A DNA stretch of 64,000 bases from assembly GCA_050084985.1 (NCBI GenBank), contig JBITNC010000001.1, positions 32,240,001-32,304,000 of the forward strand, written 5' to 3'. Below are positions 39,901 through 53,450 of the stretch, one piece after another. The position numbers and the translations under genes are program-made. The stretch comes from Nageia nagi. Its lineage: Eukaryota; Plantae; Pinophyta. The first letter of the stretch is position 1. Every line of letters begins with the position of its first letter. Under the pieces are notes generated by a model, which saw only the letters and a program-made list of their open reading frames with translations, had not been told where the DNA came from and made no database searches.

Positions 39901-42900
39901 TCATCATACCGAAAACCTGGAATAATGAATTTGAATTAGAGGGAATGGATGGTAGGATCCTTCCAATTACAATCAATGATCAACATTTAAATTTTTATAC
40001 TATCATATGAACACATAATTTTTGTGTTATATGTATATATTTATTTTATTATCATGCATATTTTCCAAGGTGCATCTTTTTGCATTTATTAGGAGTAAAT
40101 AAGGTAGATATGTATATTATTTACTTTACCCTTCATTTGAAATACATTTCCTTAATCCTTTTTCCATCTATAATTTTTTATCCTCCTAGAGTTGTAGGTT
40201 TGTAAATTTTTAGATTTCAAGTTCTTCCCATAACCATTCCTTTGTCCATTCATGTTATAAAAATGGGTAAGTTTACAGCTATTTTGAGCACTTTTAATGA
40301 TACTAATGAAAATTTCTTTCATACAAATTTGCTTGATAATCATGTTGATTTAAAAGGAAAACCCTTATATTATGTAAAATACGAGGATAAGAAATTATAG
40401 GATTTAATGTATGAAACCAATTTCATTCTTATATTTCTATATGAGAGATTCAATCCTTGCCTGGAATTAGTAAATGCTTTAAGTAAAAAACAAATCATGA
40501 TATCAAAAATGTTAAAGATAGTTAAGGGAATATTCTTATCGATTTAAGTTGGGATGCAATGTATAATGCTTTTGGTTAGCCTAATACAATATTAGAATGG
40601 ACCAATGTAAAAATAGATACTATAGAAACTAAAAAATATCCACTAGATTGGTTAAATTCTTATTTGTTAAATCATGTTATATAGAAGAAAAGCATATATA
40701 GGATTTCAGGGTTTAAACTCGATATGGCTTGAATTTTAATCATCATCATGGTTCTCTATGGAGAGAACGATATCCAAATTGTTCATCTAAGGTACATTAC
40801 TATAGGTTATAGAATAATAAAATACTATGGCAAGTATCATTTAGACTAGTTTAATCTTATTGAAGATATATTGGTTGTCTAATTTGCAAACAAAGATAAA
40901 CTTAATTAGTTTCATTATTATTCTCTTATGTGTTGGTTACTTCTCCATATTCATATTAAATCTTTCTTGAACTTACAGCTAAATTAGAAGAATATAGATG
41001 GTATTCAAAGGAGGTTTGATCAATGGATGAAGGTTTTATATCTCAAGAAGTAATATTATGATTTTGTGAGGTATTTCCTTTTTCTGAATTTGAATTTTAT
41101 TTCTTGTGTCACTTTACCTAGATTATCTAAATTAACTCTTTCTTATTTAAAAATTATTCATTTCAATAAAGAATATTATTATTTTTTTAAAAATTATAGT
41201 GTCATCATGCTCAATGGTTTTTTTGATAAAGCCATGAAATTACCATTTTATATTTCTAACTAGCTATTTGTCGTGGAAGTTGTGGGGTAAGAAGACTACA
41301 TTGAAACCATGTGGAGAGTCCCAAAGTGTAAAAAGAGTTTATATTCATATACCCTTGGTTTTGATTCAATTCAAGCACATCATAGAAATTGCTGGGAGTA
41401 CTTAACTAAAAAAATGTAAAGGTTGTAGTTGTCTTAGATTGTAGTCTCATGGCCTTATGATTTGTTAGGTGTTTTTACTTCTCACTTAAAATCTGTAAAT
41501 CCAAAAGATCCATATTTCATAAGAATATTAATGAATAAATTTGTAAATTTCTGAAATAATCAAGAAATAAATCCTTTTCTTCTAGATTCAATGTTAGAGT
41601 CTTCATGCATTGCTCTATGGAGGTAAAATTATACAATCAAAGTTGATTTTGCTACAGCTTCAAATAAAGAGAAAACTCTTCCTAAGTATTTATAAAAATA
41701 TTTCTATAGCTATAATTTTTTTATCATAAAAAAAAATATTTTACACAATATAGAGTAGAGAGAAAACAAAAATCTTTGCAATGGATGTGTGAATAGAATA
41801 AGATTTTTTATGAGGCCTGTGATACATAGTTTGCCTTCAGGGAAAGGGTAGATCTATAAAAAGAAAAGTGTTGGAACATTAAAGCTATTAAAAAGGATAA
41901 AGGCAAAGCTATATGAAAAGGATATTAAATATATGAATAAGATGAAGGAGAAAATACTAGAGGAAGAAGAGAAAAAAGAGAAAAGAATAAGAAAAGAAAG
42001 ATGTTGCATTGGCAAAAAGGCTCCAGAAGGAAGATGAAACAAAGAAAATAACTATAATAAGGAAAATAAAAGCTAAAGAATAAGAAAATAAATATAAAAT
42101 ACTAAAAAAGGTATAAATCCAAAGACTAGCATTGAGGGATCTACAACATATGATGATGAGCCTATCCTTATGTAGAGAAAATATGTGGCCAAGAAAAAAG
42201 TAGCCACTGAAAAGGAATCTGAGGTTGATGATTCAAACATTAATAAACCATTTGTTATTAGGAAAAGGAGAAATTAAATAATACAATATTCGCATAAAGA
42301 CATATTTAAAGGTGAAGAACATATGCAAAAGAAAATAATCCCTCCTCCTATAACTCAAGACAAGGAGAAAACACCAAAGATAACACAAGGAGAACCCTTT
42401 GAAATAATGCATGACGACACAATTCCAAATAGTCCAAAAAGAAAAGAGGTAAATATTGATTCAAATTTATATGAATATGCTTTAACTATTATGCCACCCA
42501 TTTCAATATAGAAAATTGATACCTCTAAAGAGGTGATTGATTTTAGTAAAATTGAAAAATCTAATGAATATTGGTTTAACAAAATGGGAAAGAAAGCATA
42601 AATAATTCTTGGGAAAATTCATCTTGATACAATTATAGATATTAGGAAGCAATTTTTTGAAATTTTTGCCAAACAATTTGATAAATCTACAAGAAAATAT
42701 TCAAATTTAAAAGGTATCTCTTTACAACAGAGATGGGATAAGATCAACCAGATAGATAAAAGAAAAATTGTAAAAACTACCATGACCTTTCTGGATGCAG
42801 GTGTAGTTCTACTTGAGTGAAAAGTAGAGAAACTAAAAAGATAAAAGGCCTCATTTGAAGGGAAAGAAAAATTTCATCTAACTCAAATAGCTCTATTGAA

Positions 42901-42954
42901 CAAACATATCTAGTAATTATAGGATGCAATTGACTCTTCAAAGCTAACTAAAGT

Positions 42955-43670
42955 TGTTATAACTAAAATAATTATTATTAGAGTTATTTACAAAATAATT
43001 AGATTTCCTAATTAATTATGAATAATTGAAAATTAATGACATGAAAGATGATAATTACCTAATTCATGTTAACCTATCAAAACTAGATTTTCAAAAGATG
43101 CAAACATGTACTTTACCTATGATGATGAATGAAGGTGAAATTTGATCAAAAGAGGATGAATGATGATCTTCCCTGAAATATGAAGCCATCAATCTTACCT
43201 CAAACTAGTAGCAACACTAAAAAATTAATGATAATGCCCAGTTACCATTCAAGAATACCTCACCCTTTCACTTTACGTTACCATCTCACCTTCGATGTAC
43301 CAAATCTCACTCACAAAAAGGTGAAAGATCGCAAGAATGTAGAGCTTAGAGTATAAAAAATTCCGATAGGTGGTGTTAAGAAACATCAATCAAGATTGAC
43401 AAAAGTATATTGTCACCTATAAAAGATTCAAGATTATTTCATATCATATGTTTGATCATGCACAACCCCTCCACCTTTATAGGCAATAGGTCTAGTGCTA
43501 AGGCTCCTCCTTAGGCTTATTATGATGCCAAGTTGACCTGTTACCACAAATCATAAAGGTAGATGAGAATACACATGGAAAATGATATTTATTTAAATAA
43601 TTAAATAAATTATTTTAAATAACTAAAATGGTATTTTAATTAAATTAAAATCCCTTTATAGGTATTAACA
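42955..43670 (-). repeat. E5 3' LTR
   Basis: Colinear with 56622-57342 (e.g. ACCTATCAAAACTAGATTT, ATGCACAACCCCTCCACCTTTATA). Confidence 0.88.
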
Positions 43671-43672
43671 AA

Positions 43673-44293
43673 TGTTAGAAAAATGGAGACTAAGACAGAA
43701 CCGGCCAGCCGGCCAACCGGCTAAGATGCCAGTAAATCTGAAGGATAGTTTTGTTTATAAAGCCAACTGGTCTGCAGGGTAGTTTCTTTCTCATTTCAAA
43801 CCAATTTTCAGTTGCCAAGGAGCCATGACACCTGTTCAGCAGTTGTAGAAGGGTTGGGGGTTACCTAACGACCTTCTTGATCCAACTTGGGTTTAAGTTG
43901 GGTTAGTTTGTACCTATAAATAAGAGGCTTGAGTTGAGGCATGTATGTAGTTGGAATATGTGTGTATGACTATAATTTGACAGCATTTGTGAAGTTGATT
44001 GTAATTGTTGAGAGAGAGATTGTAGTGAAGCTTTGTTGTAACTCCAAAGTGAAGGTTGTAGCAAGGTTATGCTGCTGATGTATTGCTTGGAGGATTTGAA
44101 TGCAAAAGGGTTGAAAGCTTCTTCGTGGATGTAGCCTACACTGGGTGAACCACGTTATCTCTTGTGTTTCTCTTGTGTGATTGATGTTTATGGATGTTTA
44201 TTTTCAGTAGTATGCTTAATGTTGTTTCTTCTTTGCCAAAGACAATCTAAATTGTGAATGCTCTTGGTTATATGAACTCTTTAAATCCTAACA
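43673..44293 (+). repeat. Copia 5' LTR
   Basis: TGTTAG...CTAACA; TATA-like CCTATAAATA at ~43913. Confidence 0.97.
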
Positions 44294-44295
44294 AT

Positions 44296-44309
44296 TGGTA
44301 TCAGAGCCA
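44296..44309 (+). promoter_or_regulatory. Copia primer binding site (tRNA-iMet)
   Basis: TGGTATCAGAGCCA, 2 nt after the LTR. Confidence 0.95.
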
Positions 44310-44373
44310 CGTTGTTGTGTTGGGATTTTGTTGGTGAATCTTGTGTGTAGATTGGAAATCAAGGAAGAGCACT

Positions 44374-47300
44374 ATGGCAGAAGAAGGGAGGCTGAAGGTG
44401 GAAAGGTTTAATGGGCAAGGCTTTCAATTTTGGAAAATGCAAATGGAAGATTACCTCTACCAAAAGGATCTCTATCTACCTCTAGAAGAGAAGAGTAAGA
44501 AACTTACTTCTATGAGTGATGAAGAGTGGAATCTCTTGGATAGAAAGGCTTTGGGTGCTGTAAGACTTTGTTTAAGTTCTAGTGTAGCTTTCAATATTTC
44601 CAATGAAAAGACCACTAAAGGTGTAATGGATAAGCTTGCTAAATTGTATGAAAAACCATCTGCCTCTAACAAAGTATACTTAATGAAAAAATTGTTTAAC
44701 ATGAAGATGAATGAAGGTAGTTCAGTTCAGGACCATGTTAATGAGTTCAATACAATCACAAATCAATTGACTTCAGTAAGTTTAGAATTTGAAGATGAAG
44801 TAAGGGCCTTGTTAATTCTATGTTCACTTCCGGATAGTTGGAATAGCTTTGTTATGGCTGTTAGCAATTCTTCTTCTAATGCAAAATTGGTCTTTGATGA
44901 AGTTGTTGGAACAATTCTTAGTGAGGACATGAGGAGAAAGTCCACAGGAGAATGCTCCAATGCTGCTCTCACAGTAGAGGCAAGAGGAAGACCAAAGGAA
45001 AGAAGGAGAAGCAAGTCAAGAAGCAAATCACAAGGAAGGTCGAAATCACAAGGTAAAACAAAATTGGAATGTTGGTATTGTGGTAAAAAGGGTCACATTA
45101 AAAAGGATTGTTGGAATAGAAAAGGTAAAGAATGTGATAGTAGTAATAATGAAAGCACAAGTAATCAAGAGGTTAATATGGTTGGTGAATTAATCCAAGA
45201 TGCTTTAATCATGTCTAATGAAAAGAACAATGATTATTGGGTTCTTGATTCGGGTGCTTCATATCATGCTACTCCACATAAGGACTTCTTTTCTAATTAC
45301 ACACATGGTGATTTTGGTCAAGTGTTATTAGGTAATGAACATCCATGTAAAATTGTTGGTATGGGCAATATAACAATGAAATTACCTAATGGAACACAAT
45401 GGACTCTTAATGAAGCAAGACACATTCCGGATCTTAAAAGGAATCTCATATCAATAAGTAAATTGGATAAGGAGGGCTATGTGATGACATTCGGGGATGG
45501 TAATTGGAAAGTTTCTAAAGGTTCAATGGTATTTGCAAAGGGAAATTTGGTGGGGTCTCTTTATTTACTCACAAATGTCTTTGATTATTCATTGAATCTT
45601 GTTTCCTTTGGTAATGATACATCACTATGGCATAATAGACTTGGACATATGAGTGAAAAAGGAATGAAAATGTTACACACTAACGGTTCACTTCCAAATC
45701 TAAAAGAAATTGATTTAGGATTTTGTGAAGATTGTGTGTATGGTAAACAAAAGAAAGTTAGATTTCTTAAAGTTGGAAATGAAAGGAAGAGTCACAAATT
45801 AGAGCTTGTTCATACAGATGTGTGGGGTCCTGCACAGGTTTGCTCACTTGGGAGCTCATCTTATTTTGTCACTTTTATTGATGATTGTACCAGGAAGACA
45901 TGGGTATTTTGTCTTAAAAAGAAATCTGATGTGTTTGAAACTTTTAAGAGGTGGAAGGCATTGGTTGAGAATGAAACTAATTCTAAGTTAAAATGTCTTA
46001 AGTCAGATAATGGTGGAGAATTTTGCAATAATGAGTTTGATTCATTTTGTTCACACAATGGCATTAGAAGGATTAAGGTGGTTCCTAGAACTCCACAGGA
46101 AAATGGGGTTGCAGAGAGAATGAATAGGACTATCTTGGAAAGGGCTAGAAGTATGAGGATACATGCTGGGTTTCCTTTAAATCTTTGGGCTGATGCTATT
46201 GACACTATTGTTTACTTGATTAACAGGGGTCCATCTATGGCTTTAGATGGAGGCATTCCAGAGGAGATGTGGACAGGTAAAAAGGTGAATTACTCATTCT
46301 TGAGAGTCTTTGGTTGTGAGGCTTTTGCACATGTTGATAAAGAGGATAGAAAGAAACTTGATGCAAAATCACAAAAATGCTATTTTGTTGGATATGGTGT
46401 TAATGATTTGGGATATAGGTTATGGGATGTTGATAACCATAAAATCATTAGAAGTAGAGATGTTGTATTCAATGAGAAAAGCATGTATAAAGATAGATTG
46501 CAAAATGTTGAGGAACCCAAGTTTGTATCTCTAGAAGATGTTGATCAATATAAGGGTCCTGATAATAATAATGTACCTCCACCACAAACACCTCAAACTT
46601 TGTCACTTAGAAGGTCCACAAGGATTAGAAATCCTCCTGAATGATATTCTCCTGCTCTTTATCATATTCTTTATACTGATGGTGGTGAACCTGAATGTTT
46701 TGATGAAGCGATGCAGGGTGGTACACAGATTAAGTGGGAGCATGCTATGAAGGAGGAGATGGACTCCTTACTTAAGAATCAGACTTGGAGTTTGGTTGAG
46801 CTTCCAGAGGGTAAGAGGGCTCTTACTAACAAATGGGTGTACAGGATAAAGGAGGATGTAGATGGGCGACAAAGGTACAAGGCGAGACTTGTGGTAAAAG
46901 GTTTCGAACAGAAAAAAGGTATTGATTATGATGAGATCTTTTCTCCAGTTGTTAAAATGACCTCGATTAGAGCAATATTGAGTCTTGTTGCTACTAAAAA
47001 TTTGTTTCTTGAACAACTGGATGTAAAGACAGCTTTCCTTCATGGGGATTTGGAGGAGGATATTTATATGCATCAACCCGAAGGTTTTGAGGTCAAAGGT
47101 AAAGAAGGGTATGTATGTAAATTGGAAAAGAGTTTGTATGGCTTAAAACAAGCACCCAGGCAATGGTATCATAAGTTTGACACTTTCATGGTAACAAATG
47201 AATTTGTAAGATGTCAATCTGATCATTGTGTGTATATAAAAAGAACAATAAATGGCAACTATGTAATCTTGCTTTTATATGTGGATGACATGTTGATAGC

Positions 47301-48240
47301 AGGACCTAGTATGCAGGATATTGTTGATCTTAAGGAAAAGTTGGCTAAAAATTTTGAAATAAAAGATTTGGGTGAAGCTAATCAAATTCTTGGAATGAAA
47401 ATAACAAGAGATAAACAAAACCACTCACTAAGACTAAGTCAAGAAGACTATATTGAAAAGGTTCTTAAACGGTTCAATATGAATAATGCAAAATCTGTAA
47501 CTTTACCATTGGCAAAACATTTTAAACTCACCAAACATTTATGTCCTAAGACAGATAAGGAAAAGGAGTACATGACTAAGGTTCCTTATGCTTCAGCGGT
47601 TGGGAGTTTAATGTATGCAATGGTATGTACTAGACCAGATATAGCACAAGCAGTGGGAGTGGTTAGTAGATTCATGAATAATCCAGGAAAAGGGCATTGG
47701 GAAGCAGTTAAATGGATCCTTAGGTATTTAAGGGGTACTTCTTATTACTCTTTATGTTTTGGTGGATCTAACTCTTGTCTGCAAGGTTATGTTGATTCTG
47801 ACATGGCAGGTGATATAGATGGTGGGAGAAGCACTACAGGTTATGTGTTTACCATTGGAGGTACAGCGGTTAGTTGGATTTCAAAACTCCAACAGGTTGT
47901 GGCTCTCTCCACTACTGAGGCAGAGTATGTGGTGATCACGAAGGTGAGTAAAGAGTTGATTTGGTTGAAGAGACTGATGGAGGAACTGGGAAAGGTGCAG
48001 GAGGATGCGAAGCTATGGAGTGATAGCTAGAGTGCTATCCATCTTGCAAAGAACTCAGCCTATCATTCGAGAACCAAGCATATCAAATTGAGGTACCACT
48101 TCATCAGGGCAGCGTTGGAGGATGGTTCAGTCAGTTTGGGGAAGATTCACACGTCACAAAATCCTGCAGACATGTTCACGAAAGTTGTTACAAAGGAGAA
48201 GTTGGGCTCTTGCTCAACTTGGATTAGTCTTAAGGAGTAA
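44374..48240 (+). pseudogene. gag-pol: Copia gag-PR-INT-RT-RH polyprotein (1288 codons) with two in-frame nonsense mutations
   Basis: ATG at 44374; zinc knuckle CWYCGKKGHIKKDC, WVLDSGAS, HNRLGH..CEDC, SDNGGEF, YVDDMLI, SRTKHI; premature TGA at 46642 and TAG at 48028, all in one frame. Confidence 0.95.
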
Positions 48241-48301
48241 AGGCCGAGATGAGGAACTTTTGACCCTTGTTTGCAGAGGAAGAAGTCTCCAAGTGGGAGA
48301 T

Positions 48302-48922
48302 TGTTAGAAAAATGGAGACTAAGACAGAACCGGCCAGCCGGCCAACCGGCTAAGATGCCAGTAAATCTGAAGGATAGTTTTGTTTATAAAGCCAACCGGT
48401 CTGTAGGGCAGTTTCTTTCTCATTTCAAACCAATTTTCAGTTGCCAAGGAGCCATGACACCTGTTCAGCAGTTGTAGAAGGGTTGGGGGTTACCTAATGA
48501 CCTTCCTGATCCAACTTGGGTTTAAGTTGGGTTAGTTTGTACCTATAAATAAGAGGCTTGAGTTGAGGCATGTATGTAGTTAGAATATGTGTGTATGAAT
48601 GTAATTTGACAGCATTTGTGAGGTTGATTGTAATTGTTGAGAGAGAGATTGTAGTGAAGCTTTGTTGTAACTCCAAAGTGAAGGTTGTAGCAAGGTTATG
48701 CTGCTGATGTATTGCTTGGAGGATTTGAATGCAAAAGGGTTGAAAGCTTCTTCATGGATGTAGCCTACACTGGGTGAACCACGTTATCTCTTATGTTTCT
48801 CTTGTGTGATTGATGTTTATGGATGTTTATTTTTAGTAGTATGCTTAATGTTGTTTCTTCTTTGCCAAAGACAATCTAAATTGTGAATGCTCTTGGTTAT
48901 ATGAACTCTTTAAATCCTAACA
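48302..48922 (+). repeat. Copia 3' LTR
   Basis: About 98% identical to the 5' LTR. Confidence 0.97.
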
Positions 48923-49319
48923 ACAAATGCACCACTTTGAATATGTTTTGATACTTTTAAGATAAGAAAATCAAATCATGAATTTAAAGTATAATAATAA
49001 AAGTAAGAAGATAATCTCTAAAATTTTGTGACATGGTGATGACTATGGATGCCTTAGTTTTGCTTATGTTATACCCCCTCTTTGACTTGGTTGTGACATG
49101 ATGAACCTCTCATCATAGGAGCAATCCAAGGTAAAGAAAAAGGTACCTAAAAAGAGCTTATACAATAAATATTTTTTGCAATATATCTCAAATATAAATA
49201 TTTGAAAAATATGAGATGAAAAGTATGATGAGAGAAGAAAACCTATTCTTGGTGACTTACCCACCAAGATGAGATAAAGATGATAAATAGTTTAGATTGA
49301 TCAACTTGGTTTCCCAACC

Positions 49320-49680
49320 CACCATGTTGCCATGGATTTTGATATGAATGGTCCTTCCTTCTAAAGGTACCAAATGATAAGATTGATCCTTTGCTATAAA
49401 GACATAAAATGATAAGAATGATCAGGTTGGTTTTGCAAGCCATCATATTTCTATGGATTTTCTAATAAGAGTACCACTTCTTTATAAAGGAGGCCAATGA
49501 TATGAGTGACCAGCTTGATGCCCCAAGACACCATGTCTCTAAGGATTTTGATAATAAGAGTGCTCCTTCCTTACAAAGGATATCAATGATATGAATGACT
49601 AGCTTGGTGCCCCAATCCATCATGTTTTCATGGATTTTTCTGATAAGAGTGCCCCTTCCTTACAAAGGAGTCCAATGATA
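49320..49680. repeat. ~88-bp tandem repeats (3 copies plus one degenerate) in the E5 3' UTR
   Basis: Units start at ~49441, 49529 and 49618 (CATCATG..GGATTTT..TAAGAGTGC..TTCCTTACAAAGGAG..CAATGATATGA). Confidence 0.8.
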
Positions 49681-49796
49681 AGCATTTTGATCATATGATA
49701 AGATAAGCATCAATTTAATCAAGGAATATTTTAATGAATTATCCATAATTACTTATAATTACATGTTACCAAATTCTTATCTTACCAAGTGCTTAT

Positions 49797-50290
49797 CTTA
49801 TCAATGAATGTTTTAACGAATTATCCATAATTACTTATTAGCACATGTTATGATAAAAATTGCATGATTGATTATCATACATATCACTTATCATATGTAC
49901 TATTTATTATGCTTTACTTAACAATTTCTTATCAAAATATTGCTTTATTTAAATGCATGCTTATAAAAATATTATTTAACATTTTTTGATTAAATTGATG
50001 CTTATCTTATCAAATGCTTATCATATGATCAAAATATTCCTTGATTAAATCGATGCTTATCTTAATTTTAAAATATGGTAAGATAAGCATCAATTTAATA
50101 AAAAAAATTAAATAATATTTTGATAAGTATGCATTTAAACAAAGCAATATTTTGATAAGAAATTCTTAAGTAAAGCATGATAACTAGTACATATTATAAG
50201 TGATATGTATGATAATCAATCATGCAATTTTTATCGTAACATGTGCTAATAAGTAATTATGGATAATTCGTTAAAACATTCATTGATAAG
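49797..50290. repeat. Long inverted repeat (~213-bp arms, ~65-nt spacer) with shuffled flanking modules
   Basis: 49797-~50010 is the reverse complement of ~50078-50290 with about 11-12 differences. Confidence 0.92.
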
Positions 50291-51136
50291 CAATTATTGA
50301 TAAGATGTGCAACCAAACATTCGATAAACAATGTTAGTGATACAACATTATATAAAATATTTGATCATTATATACTAATAAGCACAATAATGATATGCAT
50401 TTATGACATGAGAAACTAAAAATAGCATTTCTAAAACATATTTATAATTTTTGAAACATGATAAGCTATGCAAAATAAAATTCCATTTTATTTTTTATCA
50501 CTTGTGATACATAAATGAAAAGCAAATATATTTTTTTCACATTTAGGAATACAAATGTAGTACAGAAAAGAAAATACACTTTAAGTTACCATTATAACCT
50601 AACGGCAGTGCTAGGGATTTGGCACCATCGCCAAAATAAGAAAACAATTTTTAGAAAAAGAAATGTCCACCACATCTTTACCATATTAGTGATGTGAAAA
50701 AAGAGAAACAATATTTCATAACACAATAGGTAAAATAAAATTTGATGATCATTTTATTTCAATTTTTACCAATTTGCCCCAAGGGGAATTTTTGCCAATT
50801 TACATTTTATTGCAAAGAATGATAAATAATTTTTATTGCATGTACAAAAGGAGTAGAATTTAGCCAAAAAATATGAAAAGAAATAAAGCTATGAACCCAA
50901 AAACAATGCTAGAATGGAGTGAAATCATACAACTAAAATCATGGAAGGGTGTCAAGCAAAAGAGCATAGACAGGCAAGTAGTCATTTGATGATAAAAAGA
51001 GTTTCCATTTGGATCAATCAGCAAAAGTTAGTAGTAAATTTGGAAAAGGGATTTATAATTAATTTATAAATAGGTAGAATTGGATTTCATTTGTACATTC
51101 TCAATTTGGCAATTATAGCTTTAGTCTGCAAGGTTG

Positions 51137-53450
51137 TAGATAACCTATTCGGCTTATGGATGGATTATGGAGTGCTATTGGCTTGGTGATTGCATTTATT
51201 GGTGATATGGCTTGTCGAATAACTTCTCAACAAGGTCATCATTCATTAGTTATTCCTTCATCACTCAAGGGGTATCAAGTGCTAAACATTTTCTTATATT
51301 GTTGGTGTATGCAATGTTTAGAAGGATTTTAATGATTTACTTTTGTAATTTAGTCTAGTTTTTGCTATATTTAGAAAAAATTTGAAACATAGTGGTAAAA
51401 ATGTAGGGCTAGGTTTTTACTTGCATGGAGGGAAATGGGATATATATTTACCATACAAATTGGGTTAAGGTTGATGGGTATCAAAAATATTTAAGAAATG
51501 GGGGCTAAAACGAGGTAGCACTGCTAGGATCCTAGTGTCATTGCTAAGATGAATGCTTTTAAAAATAGTAAAATATCACATGTACAAGCTTAATTAAAAC
51601 ATATGCACTCACAATTTACAAAAAAAACATCATTAAAGTTAAAAATATATATTAAAAGTAACATATTTTAAGTTTTTAAGTCTTCAAGTGTTGATATTTT
51701 ACATTTTTTTATATTTTATGTTACTGATACACTCCATGTTTGACTTTTATATAGGACCAAACTTACTTGATGAGATGCAAATCATAGAGTCCAACTCTAT
51801 ACATGGTCACATATTTTATTATAACATTAGAAGAGAGAGGAAAACTAGATACATGCAAGCTTAATCACCTCAGGGGTATCATGTGTATCCCATGTGATAC
51901 ATACTTTCTAATTACCATTATGGTGAGTTAGTGTGATGACACCAACACATTACACCTACCTATGGGTGAGATGATGATCACCCTTACCAAAATCCATCAT
52001 ATTTTGTGAGTACCCATGAAGGGTACACTGATATATTGGACTACTCTAACTATGGTTGAGATGGAGTACCAGTGCTTTTAGTTGATAGGGGTGAGGCACT
52101 ATCAGTAGAAGATGAAGGGTGCATCCCTTTATGACATAATATACTACCTCTAAAGGAGATTGAATTCACCAAATATTTCAAGCTATATATATCGATTCTT
52201 ATATAAATGATCCTATGTAGTGACTTGGTTTATTCCCATAGTGCAAGGGATATACCTTTGTGGGGAGCGGTATGCATGGGACCCTGCATATTGGCCATGT
52301 TATATAGGGATCTTTATAGTTTTGTATTTTAAAAAAGAGAGGAAGGATTGTCACCAACTTGTTCATTCTATAGGCCTTGGTGTATGAGAATATCAGTATG
52401 GATTGCACCTATATTCATAAGTGACATGGGAAGACATGCCCCATTAGTTTTGGTGGTAGATAGTGTAGTAGGTAGGTGTGACACAAGGAGTCAAGAAGTA
52501 TTAGATACTATTGGATCTTTTGGATATGATGACCTAATTTGGGACCCCTATTTTAACTTAGTAGTATGGGAGGATTCAAACAAGGATTTATCATGGATCA
52601 TGACTCCATGTCATATCTAGGGTCATAGGCAAGTGATTAAGTATTACTATCTAAACTAGATGCTAAGGCAATTCAACATGATGCAGGATATACCTATGCT
52701 AAAGGTGTGGCTAACTATAGCTATATACTATCATTATCAAGAAATTCCATTAGGGGTTATGGTTGTACCATCATGGAGTGTAGAGTGGATTCATCAAAGG
52801 ATCATACCCCCAATGTGCCCATGCCTTTTAATCAGCATACTTTGGAGTACCAATGATGTTGGGACATAGTGAGGCCCATCCCATTGGGCCTCGAGGATAA
52901 GTAGGGTGATGAGGAAGAGGGAGAGGAAGAGGTGAGGGAGGATGAGGGGCATGAGGAGGAGAAAGAGATGGTAGGAGAGAATCCCATGGATGTTGGTGAT
53001 GCTCCACCTCTTACCTAGCTAACAGACCCACATACACCATCCTCATCGAAATTATAGCTCCTTGATGATTACCTTAGGTATACCTATACTCTAGGGAGTT
53101 AGTTTATGGACCTATTTTTGAGGAGAAAAATTAACAACAAATTATTTGTGTTATAGGGATAGATACTCATATAGCAGCACTACAAGTGTAGGTGATGACC
53201 TATAGTTCAATTGAAGCATTAAGATGATCAAATAGGTATCTTGCAGGGATAGATAGAGACACTATAGGCACTACCACATGTTATGCATCATCAAGAATTG
53301 AATAGGCTCCAAGACCTAATCATGTTGAATTACAATCATCTCCTTCAATTTGTATAATACTAACAACTATATCTACTAGTCAATCAAGGTCTATGTTTAG
53401 AAGTAGGATCCAACATCCATCTGTAGATTAGAGTTCCTGTGGGGGGAACT
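51137..53450 (+). pseudogene. PMD/MAIN-like gene remnant, antisense within E5
   Basis: DDTNTLHLPMGEMMITLTKIHHIL*VPMKG, RYAW-PCILAMLYRDLYSF, LDTIGSFGYDDLIWDPY, MLRQFNMMQDIP, acidic DEEEGEEEVREDE, coiled coil; putative acceptor TTTTATATAG|GACCA at ~51754; ends approximate. Confidence 0.8.

Larger units (their letters stand above)
35552..40010 (+). pseudogene. pol: E6 pol pseudogene (PR C-terminus, aRH, RT, RH, INT with an internal deletion)
   Basis: aRH LWHMHFDGVKS..CTNNAVE..[MULE]..IFSDYELVINQV; RT WVANLVLVRKKNGDISLCVDFQNLN, YLDDL; INT QQWVLDFIG, YYPQGNGLVESINK, LWFGPY. Confidence 0.85.
43673..48922 (+). mobile_element. Young full-length Ty1/copia (Tnt1/Tork-like) LTR retrotransposon
   Basis: 621-bp LTRs 43673-44293 and 48302-48922 with ~12 substitutions; perfect TSD ACAAA; PBS TGGTATCAGAGCCA (iMet) at 44296; PPT AAGTGGGAGA at 48291-48300. 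Confidence 0.97.

Noticed and set aside
44341-48030. Two separate Copia genes (767 aa and 439 aa) with a TTG start
   Set aside because: One frame from ATG 44374 to TAA 48240 broken by two point nonsense mutations; the overlapping short ORFs are shadows
49441-49680. CRISPR-like array (also 8064-8263)
   Set aside because: Contiguous degenerate tandem units without unique spacers, eukaryotic TE context, no cas genes
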